Notes under the pieces: model-generated
The model's input: only the letters and a program-made list of their open reading frames with translations
Databases searched by the model: none
What the model was told of the DNA's origin: nothing
In this document: positions 41,317 to 54,652 of the stretch, piece after piece
How the letters are laid out: each line of letters begins with the position of its first letter
How positions within the stretch are numbered: position 1 is the stretch's first letter
Origin: Adineta vaga
Taxonomy: Eukaryota > Animalia > Rotifera
Direction of reading: 5' to 3'
NCBI GenBank assembly: GCA_021613535.1
Contig: CP075494.1
Location: 14,446,001 to 14,510,000 of the forward strand
DNA length: 64,000 nt
Made by a program: the position numbers and the translations under genes

Positions 41317-44300
41317 TTATGGTTTGCAAAATGTTCGAAGATGATGTTGAACATTGATGAGAATCAAAAGAGGACATAGTAAACAAAAGCTACCAAATAT
41401 ATAAGTTGTCTTTTCACCAATTGACCAATATGCTAGAATGATTAAAAATCAGTTATTCAAAACAAAAAGCTTATGAATCGTCTTACCAAATGATGCAATT
41501 AATGGACCAATAGCTCGAGCAAGTGCTTGTAAACTTCGAAAGATACCTAAAATAGCACCTTTTTCATTCTGCAAACCTACACATACATAAATAAATCAAT
41601 GAAAATTTCAATTAGATTAGAAAATTCTCTCAACCATATTTGGATGCAAAACTATTGATGACATTGATCACCAAACTTGATGCTAAATAATTCGAAATAT
41701 AGAATGATAAATTTTTAAGAAAAAAAACGATTCATTTACCAAAAGAGAACAGAATTAAACCAACCCATAAGATCAGTTTTGTTTGAGCAACAGCTAATAT
41801 CAGAAACGATGGAATTAAGATGGAAATTCCCTATAAAAAAAATAACAGTTTATGTACTTATAGATTACAGACTTTGACTGCAAACAAAAGTTAAATGACG
41901 TAAAATTACATATGCAAAAAGTAGATAGAGAAAAAGAAAGAAAACGATAAAGATAGGTAACCTATTGCCACGACGTTTTTTTTCTCTTATCTCTCACATC
42001 CTTTCACAGCAAACAACAAAGTAACGGATCAGTTTTTTTTCTAAATATTTTTCTCATCTATTCGACACGAACAAGAGAATGTTTCAAACGTCTTTGTTCA
42101 TCTTCTTTCTTTCTTTTACAATCATATCTTCAATCCCATGTCCACCAGAATGTATCTGTAAACCAATCAGTATACCAGATTTAGATGTTAATCGAATGTC
42201 TTATGAAATGGATTGTGATATTTCAAAAAGTGGCAAACTTGTTTATCGAGCTGAAGAATGGGCAATTGAAAGTGATACAATTCCCGAAGATAATGAAGAT
42301 GCTGATGAAAAGAGTGATTATGGTCTTTCGATTAATTTATCTAATTCACCATTACTGAAAAAATTTACTAATCAAACTATTGATTTAACTGGTTTTTCAT
42401 TTTTTATTTACACTCTTTCCTTAACAACTCAAGACGATAAATTTCTTCTCACACCGAATTCTTTCTATTCAAGTATTTATGAAGATTTACAAATATTAAA
42501 TTTATCTTCATGTTGTAACAAACAAATACCAAAACAATGTGCTGAACTCTTTCGACCACTTACAAAACTTAAAATACTTGATTTAAGTGGATCGAATATG
42601 TATAAAACATGTTTAAATACTCCAGGTATGTTATTTTTCAAATTCTATTATCGATTTAGTAACATCATAAAGAGAGAAAAATAGAAAGGTTAGATATTTA
42701 TCGATTTATGATAACCTTTTTTTTCCTTTATCAATGATATTTCAATACAAAGTATAACTAAATCTTTGTTTATTATTTAGATACGATTTCCTCATCACTT
42801 CGTGATCTTATCTTACGTAATAATATTTATGATAGTACAACATTTACTTCCTCAAGTCAATTATTCAATGGTGTTAAAAAATTGACCGGTACACTTGATT
42901 TACAAAATTCACGCTTTCAAACCAATGCAGATTCAATAGAAAATTGTCTATTCGATCTATTTTCATCAATTACAAAATTAGATTTATCAAATATTCAATT
43001 TGAACCACCATCAAATGACACATATGCATATTTAGAACGTTTACTTAAATGTAGAAAAATCTCAAATAGTAAACACTTGAATGAATTATCTTTACGTTAT
43101 TTAAAACTTCAACATTTACCCGAATGGTTTACAGATGAACAATTTCCCGATTTGAAACAACTTGATTTATCTAATAACTATTTTCATTCAATTGATATTC
43201 AAACATTTAGCAAACTTCATCAAGTCTCATTAGCTTATAATCCAATTGAATTCAATCAAATTATTTGGCGTAATGATACAATTTATAAATCAATCGATTT
43301 ATCTTCAACAGTTCGTTATTCAAAATTCGATTTAAAACATCATTTATCAAGATTATTTCAATTAACTAAAGTTATTAATTACAATGGCAATCAAGGTGAA
43401 GATCTAATTGATATAAATCAAATTCCTATTGAAGTAGATTATCTAACCGATGAATTTACTTTGAATATTTCTCGAACGAATATTAAATCATTTGAAGTTA
43501 GTTTTAATGATATACGTCGATTGGATATAAGTTGGAATTTATTAACTGAACTTAATCTATATGCACAAGATCAATTATATTATTTAGATTGTTCAAATCA
43601 ATATCTTAAAAATGTAACTTTAAATCCAAATCTATCGACATTGAAAGAATTACGTTGTTCGAATAATAGTTTAACAACAGTTGGAAATTTTTCTGCAGTG
43701 AAAAAGGAATATTTGGAGATTATTGATTTATCGAATAATTCAATTACATCATTGAATGATTTCTTTTCGAAATGTAACAGTCGATATTTACGTAAAGTCA
43801 ATTTTCGATCAAATTCTCTAACTATTATTCGATCATTTATATTTCATGATGATTTTATTCAACTAGTTGAAATCGATCTATCATGGAATAAAATTTGGAA
43901 AATCGATCGAAATGCATTTCAAGCACCTAATCTTCAAATTCTTGATTTAACCGGTAATCCGTTAAAAACAATCGAACCAAAAGCAATATTTACTGCATCA
44001 TTACGATACATGACCATTTTCAATACGAATAAAGAATTAACTGATCGTTGTTCACAAGTGAAAACAAAAGATTCTCTATTATCAATGTATATCAATTGGT
44101 ATACACAAAATGGAACTTATATAAAACAAAAACAAATTAAATTTGATAAATGTTTGAAAAGTTATGTACCGGAAACGAAAGCCAATCGGTTTATCAAGAA
44201 TACGAAATATGTATTTGGTTCCTATGCTTTATTTATTGTTCTTGGTGTATGTGTAAGCGGAATTATCTTAGGTGGAGTGTATGTTTATCGTAAAAATAAC

Positions 44301-45974
44301 TTTCCATTTTTGGAAAGATTTCGACGATATAAAAAAATAGATCGAGATAATTTAGTAGAAAATGAAGTCGCAATGGATGAACGTAATCGAGAAGATGATG
44401 AAGTTGTTATGAATAGGGAAGAACCACCTTTTAATAAATATAGTGGTATTCCGACAGATGTTTAATTCGATTTTCTTTTCTTCATTTTTAATAAAAAGAT
44501 TATTTTTGATTTAATGCGCGAAGGATTCTATTCGGTTGTACAATAAACTAAAGTTTTTCTTACGGTTATTGCTGCTGTAATTTCTTTTCCATGTGGTATA
44601 CGTCGGACATAACCACCTTGTACTAAAGCCATACATAAACCCATTATAAAAAACATTTTCCCTTGTTGCATACTATTTCAATAGAAAGATTTCTGGAACA
44701 AAACTGAATTGACTTTCTTTCTCGTACCTATTCCAATTAAATCGATTATAAACGAGAAAAGTGATCGTAAATTCTAAGCCAGCAAATACAATCATGTAGG
44801 CAAAACTTGCCAAACCAAGTCGACGTAAGATAAGAATATCTAATTTATATTTTAAAAAAAAGTAGATTCAAATTGGAGACTGTATTCTTTACATACCATG
44901 ATTTGATTTAGTTTTATGAATAGCACTAAATTGAAATAAACGCCATGGAATTATTGCATTAAAAACATCATTAATCGTTGTTTTTCTTCCATTCTATCAT
45001 AAATATTGTTTAGATATTGAATACATCAAGTAAAGTAAAACGTTATAAAGTCATACTCGTTTTGAAATTGGTAATGTTTCTGGACAACATCGATAAATAA
45101 ATCCAATGTTAATCAATGATAAAACTAATGAAACACATGCAGGAACGATAAAAAAGCTAACTGAAGAGGATGACCAATACATCACACCTAATTGACTACA
45201 AAGTGCACCAAGTAATGGTCCAAAAATAAAACCAAGTGAGAATGCTGCACCTATCCATGCCTTTCAAAAACAAACGATCTAGTTTTTCTTTCATACGTAA
45301 AAGAAAATCTTTCTCTTGTTACTTTACCATTGCACGATTTCGTTCAGTTTCTGTTGTTGTATCTGATACAATAGCTAATGTAATTGCAACATTAGCTTTT
45401 GATAATCCACTAACAATACGTGCAATCATAAAAATTGTTAAATTAAATGATATACACCATAGACCATATGATAAAGATATACCAATCTAGAAGCAATGGA
45501 AAACTAGTTGTATCAAATTTATATTTGTGTTTACCATAGAGATAAGAAGGACAGGTTTTCGACCATAACGATCAGATGCAATGCCACATAATGTAGATGA
45601 AAAAAATTGAAGAAGAGAAAAGAGTGAACCAATAATACCTATAGAAGAATTATCTTTATTGTCAAAAATATCTAGTATTTTGCTGGACATACCACCAAAT
45701 AAAACGGAATTCCATTTGGCATCATTAGGTGCTCCAGTTAAATCTTGAATGAATTGAACAAATGACATTGTTTTCTTGTATAATGTATCCTTTTACAGAA
45801 ACAATATTGAAATATAGAAAAGATCGTATTCTTTTATCTTACATGATTAGAATCAGTTTCACTACCATAATAAGTTAAAATTTTAGGTAATAATGGTAAA
45901 ATTATAGTAAATTCCAAAAAATCAATAAGAATAGAAATAAACAATATGTTGATTATATTCGATTTGACTCCCAT
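41317..45974 (-). CDS. MFSD10: Major facilitator superfamily transporter MFSD10 (TETRAN)-like
   Basis: LIDFLEFTIILPLLP, GIASDRYGRKPVLL, AWIGAAFSLGFIFGP, FAGLEFTITFL, QQGKMFF, GYVRRIPHGKE | 2.7-kb intron | GISILIPSFLIL, EKGAILGIFRSLQALARAIGP, ...RTFCKP*. Confidence 0.88.
42079..44465 (+). CDS. Type I membrane LRR protein (signal peptide, LRRNT, many LRRs, TM, short tail), nested antisense in the MFSD10 intron
   Basis: MFQTSLFIFFLSFTIISS signal, CPPECIC, and LRRs such as LKQLDLSNNYF, LEIIDLSNNSI and LQILDLTGNPL. TM is ALFIVLGVCVSGIILGGVYVY. One intron at 42626-42780. Confidence 0.9.
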
Positions 45975-46293
45975 GATTATAGAAATCTTTCTTTTCTTTC
46001 TAAGTTATATATCGATATATGTCATTAGATTGTAAGCGAAATATATCATGATATCCATAGAAATCGATTGGTTTAGTGATGTTGTTTTCTTTTAGTTCTC
46101 CTTCGAACGAAAGACATATGTTTTTAGTACTTAACTACTACTACTACCATCTGTTTCGATATATTTCGAAGTCTCGCGTTTTATTTGATAAAAACATATT
46201 TTGAAATGAATGATTAAAATAACTGTTCATGAAATGGGCTATGTATATATACACACACACACACATGAAAAGAATTATTTGCATGTCGTCAAT

Positions 46294-48329
46294 CTACACT
46301 GGTGTAGATATTTTTGAATTATTTAAGGCCATAGTTGCTAATGAATTGGAATGCGAACTTTTTGGTCGAGGTGGTGGTAAAGGTGGAGATGTTGTATTAG
46401 ATTCTGTTGTTTGTTTTCGTCGTGGTAATGGATCTGTACTTCCTATTAAATTCATTTCATTGAAAATATCTTTTGATCGGATATTTGTCACTGATGGTAT
46501 GGATTGTATAGATGTATTCTCAGTGGATTTATTTACTGATATGACCGATTTATCTTTTCGTTGTGTGAGTGATTTTTTTGGTAAAACAGGTTGTTGTTGG
46601 CTTTGTTCATATAAATGAGCTAATCGTTGACGTTTTCGATGTTCAAAAATAATGACACATACACGATAAAGTTGTAAAACAACGACGAGTAGATTTTTCG
46701 TAGTAAAGAATACATTTGATTGTGAAATAATTTTATAATGAATAATTAAACCAAGTCGAAGACAAAGAAATGGACCGTCTTGAAGAAGAATCGTACTGGA
46801 AAGTGCCTAAATAAAGAAGAAAGTCTATTTAACAAAACACAGAGTCGATTGTTTTACCCATAATTCTGTTTCCCAAAATAATTGACAACTAAAACATTTT
46901 TCTATTTCTTTTCTCGCATCTGTTTTCTTTCGTGTTTTTGTCGATGTTACTACAAGTGTAAATTGCATTAAACTTATTGACCATGCAGCTAAGATTAAAT
47001 GAATAATAGTTAAGTTTCGTTGTACACCAGGTTCTTTAAATGCTTCAAATAATTCAATGATATCCGCTAAGAAATAGATTCAAATTATTAATAAAACATA
47101 TGAGGAGAGAATAATTGTTTATCTTACCAGCTGTACCGATATAAACAAGTAATAATTGAGAAAGTTGATCACGTGTCATTGTCTTTCCAACAGGTAATAA
47201 CCAACGTCCAATAATGAGCACAAGAAGAAGTGTTTGTTCGACGATTTGTGTCCACATCTCTGCTGGAATTTTCCATGGAACAAGCTAAATATGACGAATA
47301 AATGTTTGACAATTTCTCCAAAGTTTCATTACCGGTAATGAATCTTCAATATCACTATTTATTGCGACTTGACCGGCTGGAACAAATCCTAATGCTTGTG
47401 TAACATTGAAATTCAATCGTCTTTCAGCAAGATCAAGTTCAAGAAACCATACACTTGGTATAACAGTACCCAAATAAAAAAATACAGACGGACAAAACCT
47501 GAAAAATGATGAATGATGTAATTCTCGATAGATTAAAAGAAATATAGTATGAAATTTATTTACCATTTCCATTCATGACCATTATTCATATACAATGTGA
47601 CAAAAAATTCAACTGGAATACCAAATAATCTGCCGAGAGAGAGAGAAGTTCAAATTTAGATTTGAAGAGAAAATCTACGTAGAGATAAATACGTTATTGC
47701 TTGAAACCAATATTTATTTTGTTTATAAACAAGAGCAACTCGCCAAATTGCAGCAATACCATGTACAGCAAAGATAATTCGAGCAGCAGCTGCAGCCGTA
47801 ACAGCAAGAAATTCAGACATAAACCACTAAGTAAAAACAAAAGATACGATGATTCATTCTTAGAATACTGATTGAATTACAAAAATAATAAAATTACTTG
47901 AAAGCAGAAGAGACTTACATCGATTAGTTGACAAGATGAATGTTACTTACTTGAATTTGTTGTATACGAGAATATCTTTGTGATTGATATGGAAAAGGAT
48001 ACTTAAATTATCAGAAAATATATCGGAATCTGATATTGGTAAGTAGAAAGATGGATTCACAGCAGGTTATTGAATGAATCTTACTATCTATGATTTTAAT
48101 CATAAGAACTACGAAACACATGGGAAATCTATTCTTGGCAGAAAACAAATTGCCTTTTTTCTAGCATCGATAGTGTTGATTAATTAAGTCAATTGGAAGA
48201 TCGACAGAAGTATTTACGTACCGTAACACGTGTTAGAAATGATTTATCTTGTGAATTTGATGGTGGATTTGTGAAGTGATTTCCTTCATCAGATATTGGT
48301 TCATGTATAACATATTTTCGTCGTGGCAT
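46294..48329 (-). CDS. TMEM26: Transmembrane protein 26-like
   Basis: FCPSVFFYLGTVIPSVWFLEL, EQTLLLVLIIGRWLLP, TRDQLSQLLLVYIGTAADIIELF, QDGPFLCLRL and FFTTKNLLVVVLQLYR are TMEM26 motifs. The start codon is tentative. Confidence 0.85.
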
Positions 48330-49818
48330 TTTTATCAATATTGATTAACTAGCACATAGTGTATCTATTCTTTTTGTTATTTTGCACTTGTTAGCATACA
48401 AAAGATTAACTGATTTCAGTCGAGCATATCTAGATCGCGCAATGTTTCTTTTAACAACGAGTGTCAAGAACGACATACATATATTCTCTCATATTTATTC
48501 TCTATCTTTCTCTCTTTCTATTCTCAGATTAACTCTGTTACATACTCAATCGATTGGTAGTATCCAACAAGTTGCACTCACTATCCTGACTATACAGTTA
48601 ACATTCGATGATTATTGACAAAAGAAAAGACAAAATTATTAGGCAACAAGTCAATTTCTTTATTGCTTTTCTATTTATTTTTCTAAAGATTACTGAACAT
48701 ATTGTCACATATGTTCTTTTGAACAGATGGGAAACAAAATAACTTACTGACAATTGATATTCTTGTTTATCATTGGGTACATTGTCATTAACAGATTTTA
48801 ATAATGTTCCTCGACGCAATCGCATTTGGTCCAGGTATTGATAGCAATTAAAAACGAACGATTGATATACAAATATGTCTTTAACTTCTGTTCTATTCTC
48901 AAATAGTACATTATTGTTCGTCCATATAGGAAAAGGCAGAAATGGATCGCACGTACATTCATTGATGTAATAACAAAAGAAAATAGCATACGATCTAATG
49001 TCATTCTTAGCATTTTTTTTAGGTCGCGTATAAATAAAGAGCAAATGATTGACTTGATAAGAAAACGTGATCTGACTACGAGAATTAGTGATTGATTGAA
49101 TCAGTTTAATGGTTGAGGCAAGAGTTTGCATTTACTTAATTACCCTTCGGAATATCGCATTCCTTAGTTGATGTACATGTTTGACTGATTTCTCACATAA
49201 GATTATCAAGAGATATGCAAATCAAATTGAATATTTGAAAATATAGAATATTGTTATAAATTGTCTATTCCTACTCGTTTTCCATAAGTCCCATGAATTA
49301 GTTTTATGCTTTCAAACCTTTGAGATAACAGTTAACTATATTTATACAATTCTCTAATTGAAAATTGAGATGTCAAAAAATGAATTCATCGAGTATTTTC
49401 TATAATAAAACTTTTCCAGATGCTTATCATGACACATGGCAGTCGTTGATGTCTCATAATGTAATTCAATCGTCGTATATTTTTGACAGAATTATTGATC
49501 ACCTTCATTGATAACATTTATCATTAACTATCGATGATGATTCGAAATGAAAGAAAATTAACTTCCATTGCTCATGGTTATATTTCTGTTATTTAATCTT
49601 CTGAAGTGTTGTTTTTCTTTTTGTTCAAATAATAATAAAAAAAAGAAGTCAAATCTTTCGATGTCGAAAGTATATAATTAATATTTACAAGTACATAAAT
49701 CACTTCATACTCTCATTCTCTATAAGATCGATAGGTGACAGTTTTTTTTCTGTTTTGACAACGACTATGAATTTTGTACTGAATCAATAAGTATTCAAAG
49801 AAAAAACGATCGATTTAG

Positions 49819-50799
49819 TTAAGTTAAAGTTTTGCTCCAATTAATTGGATCATCAGCTAGAATAACTCGTTCAACATGCCATTGATGACGACGATTCCAT
49901 CTATCATGTGCCCATTTATTTTCCATTAACTAGAAAAGAGAAGAAAAACAATAACAAAAAAAAATTTCAATAGAATTATACTCTGACTTACTTCTTTATT
50001 TCTCGAAGTAAATTGTAATAAAAATTTTGCTCGTTGTTGTTGTTTTTGCTTGTATTGTTCTAAATCATGTCGATCTTTTTCAATAATTGATTGACATTCA
50101 TTATTCTTTCTTTCTTGTTCTTTTTTATCTGATTGAATTTTATCTTTAATTTGTTCTTTCAATGTTGTTCGAATGTGTTTACTTAATATAAATAATAGAC
50201 AAATTCTTTGCTAAAAAACAATATTCATACACATACTTATATGATTCACGTTCGGCGATTTGAGAATATGGATAGACTGTATATTGAATATGATCTTTAT
50301 TCCATTGCTTTTGTTGCATAGCTTGAGTCCGACGATAATTATGAAAATGTCTTTCTTGTGTTTCAAATCTTGATGACATTCGATAGGGTTCATCAGGACG
50401 ACTAGCAGTAATTCGTTGAGGTGGAACAAAATGATCGTATTGATGACGAATATCTTCACGTTGTAAAGGTTCCCAGAGATAATCATAATCGGGTGGTTCA
50501 CGAATTAATGGTTTCCATATTGAATTATGTGCTTGAACAGCAGCAGATTTTGGCGTTGGTAAATGTTTCAATTTTTCATCAGATCGTGGAAAAATTTTGA
50601 TTTTTGGTGTTTGAAGACGTGTGGAGGAAATTGAAATACGCCGTTTAGGTGATGATAATCGTATGGAATCGATTGATTGTTGACATGATGGAAGATTTGT
50701 TTCAGGTAGACGTTGTCGCGATTGTCCTCGTGATGATAGAGATGTATCAATTGAATGTACAGGTGTCGCTTTTATGTCAAGAAATGGTAAAACAGTCAT
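49819..50799 (-). CDS. Uncharacterised protein with C-terminal coiled coil (3 exons)
   Basis: The 206-aa and 78-aa ORFs are joinable by short introns. The final exon ends HQWHVERVILADDPINWSKTLT*. Confidence 0.7.
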
Positions 50800-51229
50800 A
50801 TCGTATGCTCATGGAAGTATGTAGTAAAAGAAAATTAAAAATCACCAAAAAATATGCTGAGTAATTTTTTTTTCCTTCAATTATTTTTTCAAATAGTAAC
50901 AAAAGCAAGGATAGAAAAGTGTTTTGTTTGTTATACAAATAGATGTTGTTCATGTAGGTTCGGTTAAAAAAGTAAAAAAGATGTATGAAGGGTTTCACTT
51001 GTTGCCAATCGTATTCTTCAAAGTCAAACATGAAAATTCTTGTTGTTTTGAACAAAAGAATAACAACCATGCCAGGTGTCAAGATAGTACTTTTATTTTG
51101 ATAATTATTGAACGATTAAAAAAAAAAGAGGTTTACACACGATTTTTTTTTCAAAGAATTATTAATAGAAAAAAAAGTCACTGTTGATGAAGAAAAGAAT
51201 ACGTAGACAATAATGATATTTGTATTTGT

Positions 51230-52024
51230 TTAGCCTGTCATTAATTTGTAAAATTCTATTTAAACGAGAAAGAAAAAAAATAAGAAGAAGTTGAAACAAT
51301 AAGTGAATTGTTTTTTGTTACCTTCATAATCGACAGTGCCTGAACCATCTTCATCGACTTCGGAGATAATTTGTTCGACTTCATCATCTGGCATGTCGGG
51401 ATCGAGTGCCTTAAAGATCATCTTCAAATCGGCAACCTAAATTGTTTTGTTTTTAAAGGGAAAAAAAACAACATTAATCATAATCAATAATTATTTTCAA
51501 TAGAGTTCTCTTACATCAATAACACCACGACTATTTTTATCGAAGACACGAAATACTTCACGTAATTCTCGTTCATCTTCGGCTTCCTTAGTTTTCTTTG
51601 CCATTAAAGCAAGAAATTCATCCTAAACAATAAAAGAATAGAACATTGTTTCATCTCTTGCCTTTTGTTTATACATACAAAATCGACTGTACCACTTCCT
51701 ATAAAACAAAAACAATTTCTTTAGTTTTGTTTTTTTCTTGTAAGGAAAAAGATGGATTCGAAGAACTTACCATCACCATCAACGGCTTCGATACAATCAG
51801 CTAATTGATCAGGTTTAAGATTATGTCCTAGATTTTTCATGACTGTACCAAGAATTGATGTTGGAATTTCACCTTTTCTTTCTTTGTCATACATATTAAA
51901 TGCATCTCGAGCTTCTGCGATTTGGTCTTCAGTCAATTGAAATTCTTGTTCTTCTTCGGCCTAAAAAAAAACTCATATTTTTTTCTGTAACTCTTGCAAT
52001 ATATAACCAATCTTTACTCACCAT
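51230..52024 (-). CDS. Troponin C (invertebrate type)
   Basis: M|AEEEQEFQLTEDQIAEARDAFNMYDK..., canonical EF2 DGDGSGTVDFDE (uses a 20-nt microexon 51679-51698) and EF4 DEDGSGTVDYEE. EF1 and EF3 are degenerate. It ends FYKLMTG*. Confidence 0.85.
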
Positions 52025-53527
52025 CTTCGGATATGTGTATGTATTGTTTGGTTATCGGAAAAGAACGTATTCCTTCGCAAATATCTCCTGATGCTTTTCT
52101 GAAGTGCAATTTCTCTAAACAAACCGAAAAGGAAAAAGAAAGAAAAATGGATATAGAAAGAGAGAAAGAAAGATAGGCGGCACTACGTTGTTTGTTTCCT
52201 ATAAATAATAATACGAGAAAATTCTCCTTATGTATATCTTCCTTCTAGTACCAAATCTATACGGCGAACAAGCAAATAACTAACTGTACAATTGTCGAGA
52301 AAAGAGGAGAGAAAAAAAAGAAAGAAGTAGATGTTGTCGGAAAAACAAGAGAAATGTTTCTGCGCACATCATGTTAGGACATATATACATAAACGGATAT
52401 CAACGAGTTGAATAAACCGCTACTACCATCATATAGTAATGTTATGTTAGTTGAAGAACAACTAGGGAACGTCTTTTTCTCGTCGATACGAACAACAAAG
52501 AAAAAGAAAATCGGATAGAGAAAGCGTAGGATATGCCTACATAGGACGATGAATGGTGATATATAGTCCGCCATTGATAACGATGACAAAAATAGATTCC
52601 TAGCAAGACATATCCTGGGATCTACTTAGATAAACAGATATTTCGGCTTTTTTTTCAATTAATATATTTAACTATAAAGAAAGTTTTTGTTTTCAGTCAT
52701 AAAACATCTTTTAAATATGATATGGACATGAGAAAAGATCGTTTTCTCCGAACACGAAGAATAATATCAACAAACATCGGAACAGATTTTATTTCTTCTT
52801 TTCCTTCCTTTTTTTTGTTTGTTTCTCAGATTTCCATTGTACATATACTACGATGTAACTTCAACACCTTAAACATAAGACTATCTTATTAACGCAATTA
52901 GAAAGTCACTTAAATACACATTTAATCACTATGGCGAGTTCTTTATTCTAACAATACAATAGAACAACAGCCTAATAAAGACCATCTCGTATTCGATAGA
53001 TATATCTAAGTATATGGAGAAAAAAAAGAAGAATTGTTATGTCGTGGCTGTTGTCTATGTTAGAATGATGAGAGTAGACTTGTGTTCGCTATCCTTTGAG
53101 TTCTGATAATCGTCGTCTTATGTGCCAATGCAGATGCATTCAACAAATTTCTGCTCTTTGCTTCTGATATTTGGTTGCAAAAGGATTGAGACGCATATTA
53201 ATATAACTAAAGCAAAAGAAAGACGGATAAATATAGAGAAATATATCCAACAAGAAAATATCTCTGTCAGAACGAAATCAAGCGTATTTAGAGAGAATCG
53301 ACCAATATAAAAAAACACATAGAATATCATCCAAAGATTTGGCCGAAACAGCTGGTTAAAGAAATATATTTTTCTCTTCGTTTCTGTTTCATTGTCTCAA
53401 CAGCGATCGTGTGACAAATCTAATTTCTTGTTTGTCCTTTTCCTTCTTCTTCTTCTTCTTCTTCTTGTTGCATTCATTTATTCATGTTCGATATTGTTAT
53501 TGTCTACGATTCTTATCACGGTTACTG

Positions 53528-54332
53528 ATGACAATGCGTGCAAATTCTGTTTCAATCGAGCAAGACAATCGTATGTATTTTCTACAACAAAAACAACAAC
53601 AATAACAGATTCTTTTTTTGAACAAAAAAAAACAATTTTCGTTCTATCTTTGTTTTAGAATTGAAAGAAGCATTTGCTCTATTTGATCGTGTCGGTGGTG
53701 GTGTGATTCGGACAAAAGATCTCGAACATGTTATGAAATCAATTGGTTATCAAACGACACCAAATGAATTGAAGCAGATGATACAAGAAGTTGATATTGA
53801 TGGTCCGTCAAAAGAATAGTATTTATATGTCAGAATAATGATTTATCTTTTCATGTTTTTAGGTGATGGTCTCATCAATTTTAATGAATTCAAGTTAATG
53901 ATGAATCATGAAGGTGAAAATCGATTAGAAATATTCAATGATGAACTTGTTAATGAAGCATTTCGGATTTTTGATAAAGAAGGTAATGGATTTATTACAG
54001 AAAAAGGACTTCGGGCTGTCATGAATAATCTGGGTAATATAAAATTTAAATCATTTGAACATTATTTTTTGAGTTTTAATTGTGATTTTATAGGTGAACA
54101 ATTGACTGATGATGAACTTCATGATATGATTCGAGAAGCTGATTTAGATGGAAATCATCGAGTTGATTATGCAGAATTTTCTGCCTTAGTTCGTCGGCTT
54201 CTTCAAGTAGAAAATCTTTCAACAACTTTCACACCAATTACAAGTGCAGGAGCTTACGAAGGACGAGGTATAATTCCATTTATTGATGATGATCCCGAAG
54301 AAGATTCAATGATGAATAAGAATAACAAATAA
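53528..54332 (+). CDS. Calmodulin-like EF-hand protein with C-terminal extension
   Basis: [74 protein letters not shown]. Short GT-AG introns. Confidence 0.85.
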
Positions 54333-54652
54333 CAAACGACTTTTATACAATAATATGTCTGATGATGGAAAAACAAGCGCAAGGAGAAGCTCAGTATTTT
54401 TAGTTTTAGTTTTTTTCTTCTTCTATTAACAAGACAAAAACAAACCTATGCGCTTAAAATGATTATTTTTGATAAGAAAGATGTTTTGTTTTTCTTGTTT
54501 AACACCCACACGAACTTTGCTCAGATATGACATTGATTAATCGAATGGCTATATTTGTTTGTATCTAACTAATTATGTTTAATTTATTTGAAAAAAAAAG
54601 ATAGAACGAACGAATGAAAAAAAAATCATTTTATACATAACAGAATAAATAT

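Noticed and set aside
48382-49131. 177-aa and overlapping ORFs upstream of TMEM26
   Set aside because: The composition resembles AT-rich non-coding DNA, with no motifs or supporting splice structure.
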